This document shows, one piece after another, positions 61,585 through 64,000 of a stretch of 64,000 nucleotides of DNA; within the stretch, counting starts at the first letter, position 1; each line of letters starts with the position of its first letter. A program made the translations under genes and the position numbers. The notes under the pieces were generated by a model that had not been told where the DNA came from, searched no databases, and saw only the letters and a program-made list of their open reading frames with translations. This DNA is from Zancudomyces culisetae HAW-14-8 (lineage: Eukaryota > Fungi > Kickxellomycota). The stretch is from assembly GCA_052426225.1 (NCBI GenBank), contig JBNJNM010000023.1, positions 124,001 to 188,000 on the forward strand, in the 5' to 3' direction.

Positions 61585-62546
61585 ATTTTCTTTATCTGTA
61601 CAGTATATAATTTTAAACGCAGTATTTAATTTCATCAGACGTTCAATAAAGCGAATGAATTTTACAAAAGTTGCAAGAGTTTTGGAATGATGTTCAATAA
61701 TACTCGGGATCCATATTCTTATATGTACCAAATCGTTATAAATAGAAAACCAAGCTAACAACTCTTTTTTTTAAAAATCTGAGTATCAACACCACCTACA
61801 AAGCTCTTGAATAAGGCTATTCGCATTATTAATTTTATGCAATCTTGAATATTTGCGTGCAATAAATAAGCGCAAAATCTAAGCCTGATTAAAAAGAAAA
61901 CACTTATTCTTACAATTGGACAAAAAACTAAATTTTATTGTAATAAACCTCCATTTATCATGTACAAAGGGGGATTATGGAATGAATATATGGATAAAAT
62001 CTTTTACTAGAATAAGTTCAGTAAATTTAATAAAATTAAACTCGAAAAGGGATTGCATTTTACTTTGATAAAGACAATCCTGAACACCTGAGCCATAGTG
62101 TGCTGGTACTTCTATAAAATAAAAAATAAGATAAAAAATAATCTAAAAGAAAATACCAATAACACATATGTTTTTGTTGTATTGAGGCAGTCATGAATAG
62201 AAAATAAAAGAAGAAAAAACAAAAATGTAGGCACTTTAACAGCAAGCGCGTGCAACTCACCCCAAGGTAGAGCAATACCTTTCGGTTCAAAATTGTGAGT
62301 GATGTATAGCCAATTTTACCTCAAAAAGAAAATAATGACCTATTAACAAAACTGTATAAATAAAAGACATGCTCTTTTAGTATACGTCTATCTATACCAC
62401 TTTTCAAGTATATCAATACAAAGCATTAAAACTTATCAATAATTACATTTTGCGTTTTACAATTTGTTTACTTTTAACCATACCAACAACTGATTCTACT
62501 AGTAGTGTTTGATTTGGGAAAAGAAAAAAGAAGAGAAAAGAGAGAT

Positions 62547-64000
62547 ATGGATTCTGTAAACAAAAATAGTAAGTTTTTGGTTACGAATGTCACTGTTACT
62601 GTTTTATATTCACAATATATTTCTTGAACTTGTTCAGAAGTAATAATGATAATAATAATAAAGATTTTTCTACCTATATGATTAAAAAAATAATTATAAG
62701 CCCCGATAAAGGCGGTATATACAAATTAAGACCAATGTCATAAATAACAGCCAACAACTTGCATTCAATTAGAGCTTTCAGATTACATTGGACTAAAAGC
62801 AAAGCTATCGAGGATACTTGCATCATACTCATTTGTGTTGATCATATACTACATTGTTAGAGTAGTACAGTTGGGCAGAAAGATTCAAACTGATATTGAA
62901 AATGGAGCTGCGTTAATAAATTCATATTGTCAATCTATGGATAATGGGATCAAGTCCATATTAAATTTACCATTACTAGGAACGGTTGGAGCAATATCCT
63001 TTGCGGAAAAGACTGTAGCTGATACAGAGGACTTGGTCATAAAAAGTTTAAGGTTGGGGGCTAAAGTAGTCGAAGAGGTAACTCAGCTTCTGCTTAAATA
63101 TTACTTTGGAACTACTATTTGTATGGCAAGAATGGTGGTAGAGTCAAGTCTGAATGCATTGAGTCAGGGAGCAAAGGAACTAGAAGGATTAGCAAATGGA
63201 GCGATCAATAGCATAATTAAGGATTTACAAAACAGCGTTAGCACTGTGACCAAGGGCATAACCGATGCAAGTAAAGGGGTAAGCAACATACTGGAAAGTA
63301 TAAACTCGAGCTGGAAAATACCGAGTTTTAACATCACAGACTCTTCGTTTGCAACATCCAACATCAGCGTAAATATTTCAGCAACCGAACTGGTAAACAA
63401 AATCAATAAACTCGTGGATATAATTCCCACTGAAGACCAGCTATATGGAAATATCACTAAATACCTGGAAGCAGATCCCCTTTCTAGTGGGATATCAAAG
63501 ATTGAGGATTTTTTCAAGGCAAACAGACTTCAAATAGATACAAGATCCATTATAGAAAGACAGTTTACCGAAATAAACATTTGTCCGGTAGATCTTGGCG
63601 AAAAGATTGTTGGCATAAAAAAGTCATCGTCATCGATATCGCTGATGGGGATGGCTACGACTATGGTCAATGTGAGCTGTGCCATACTGCTTTTTACATC
63701 TATTATAATATTGATAATATCATGCTATTACACAAAAAAGCAACATTCGCTAGAGATTGAGCAAATTACAAAATTGGAAAGAGATATGAATTATTATACT
63801 GCAACTAGGTATCCAACATCAATACCTTTTGAGTTGATACATTCTTCTGCAGATGATAATGAAGATAGATGTAAATATTATAAAAATACCAAGGGTGGTG
63901 TTGAGAAAAACTATAAAAATCCAGAGTGTGAAGATATAATGGGGATGAGTAACCATTCTTGTGAAGGTGGCTTTTCAAAAATATTGAAAAGCCCTTCAAA
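62547..64000 (+). CDS. PRM1: Plasma-membrane fusion protein Prm1-like, runs off the right edge
   Basis: An open frame 62751-64000 is absent from the ORF track because it has no stop in the window: DYIGLKAKLSRI (compare PYLGLRARLSQ), C.......LNLP, YFGTTICM, then a hydrophobic segment. Tentative 5' exons 62547-62568 and 62701-62714. Confidence 0.8.

Noticed and set aside
1000-64000. Numerous 60-110 aa ORFs in intergenic DNA or antisense to genes; CRISPR-like or operon-like readings
   Set aside because: These are F/I/L/K-rich chance ORFs of AT-rich DNA, many with non-ATG starts. No repeat-spacer array exists and the sequence is eukaryotic.

Overview
AT-rich eukaryotic genomic DNA with short GT-AG spliceosomal introns. 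The gene set is fungal (Ecm33-like, Prm1-like, Sok1/TCP11-like, Mtf2-like). An early-diverging fungus such as a Harpellales/Kickxellomycotina insect-gut fungus is my inference from composition and retroelement style, not a verified assignment. I can support 22 protein-coding genes; most multi-exon models were rebuilt by hand and checked for frame. In order: SR protein (partial), TCP11/Sok1-like, synaptobrevin, FAM192A/NIP30-like, RPP1, Mtf2-like, MPE1/RBBP6, stand-alone ABC ATPase, cytochrome P450, START-domain protein, MFS transporter, Ecm33-like, histidine acid phosphatase, mitochondrial NAD+ carrier, TIM22, a 1388-aa orphan with one RING-like domain, MED8, BCH-RhoGAP, RPS23, degenerate flavodoxin-like protein, single-pass membrane protein, and PRM1 (partial; missing from the ORF track). 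There is one clear 5'-truncated non-LTR retrotransposon and several heavily decayed retroelement relics. No tRNA, rRNA or CRISPR array was found. The most notable observations are: a hairpin-enclosed cryptic exon in the RPP1 intron, a highly structured RPS23 intron, a 4-nt microexon, purine/pyrimidine skew flips inside genes, two candidate pseudoenzymes, and a co-oriented MFS-START-P450-ABC block. I found no unambiguous novel system; the findings are leads.
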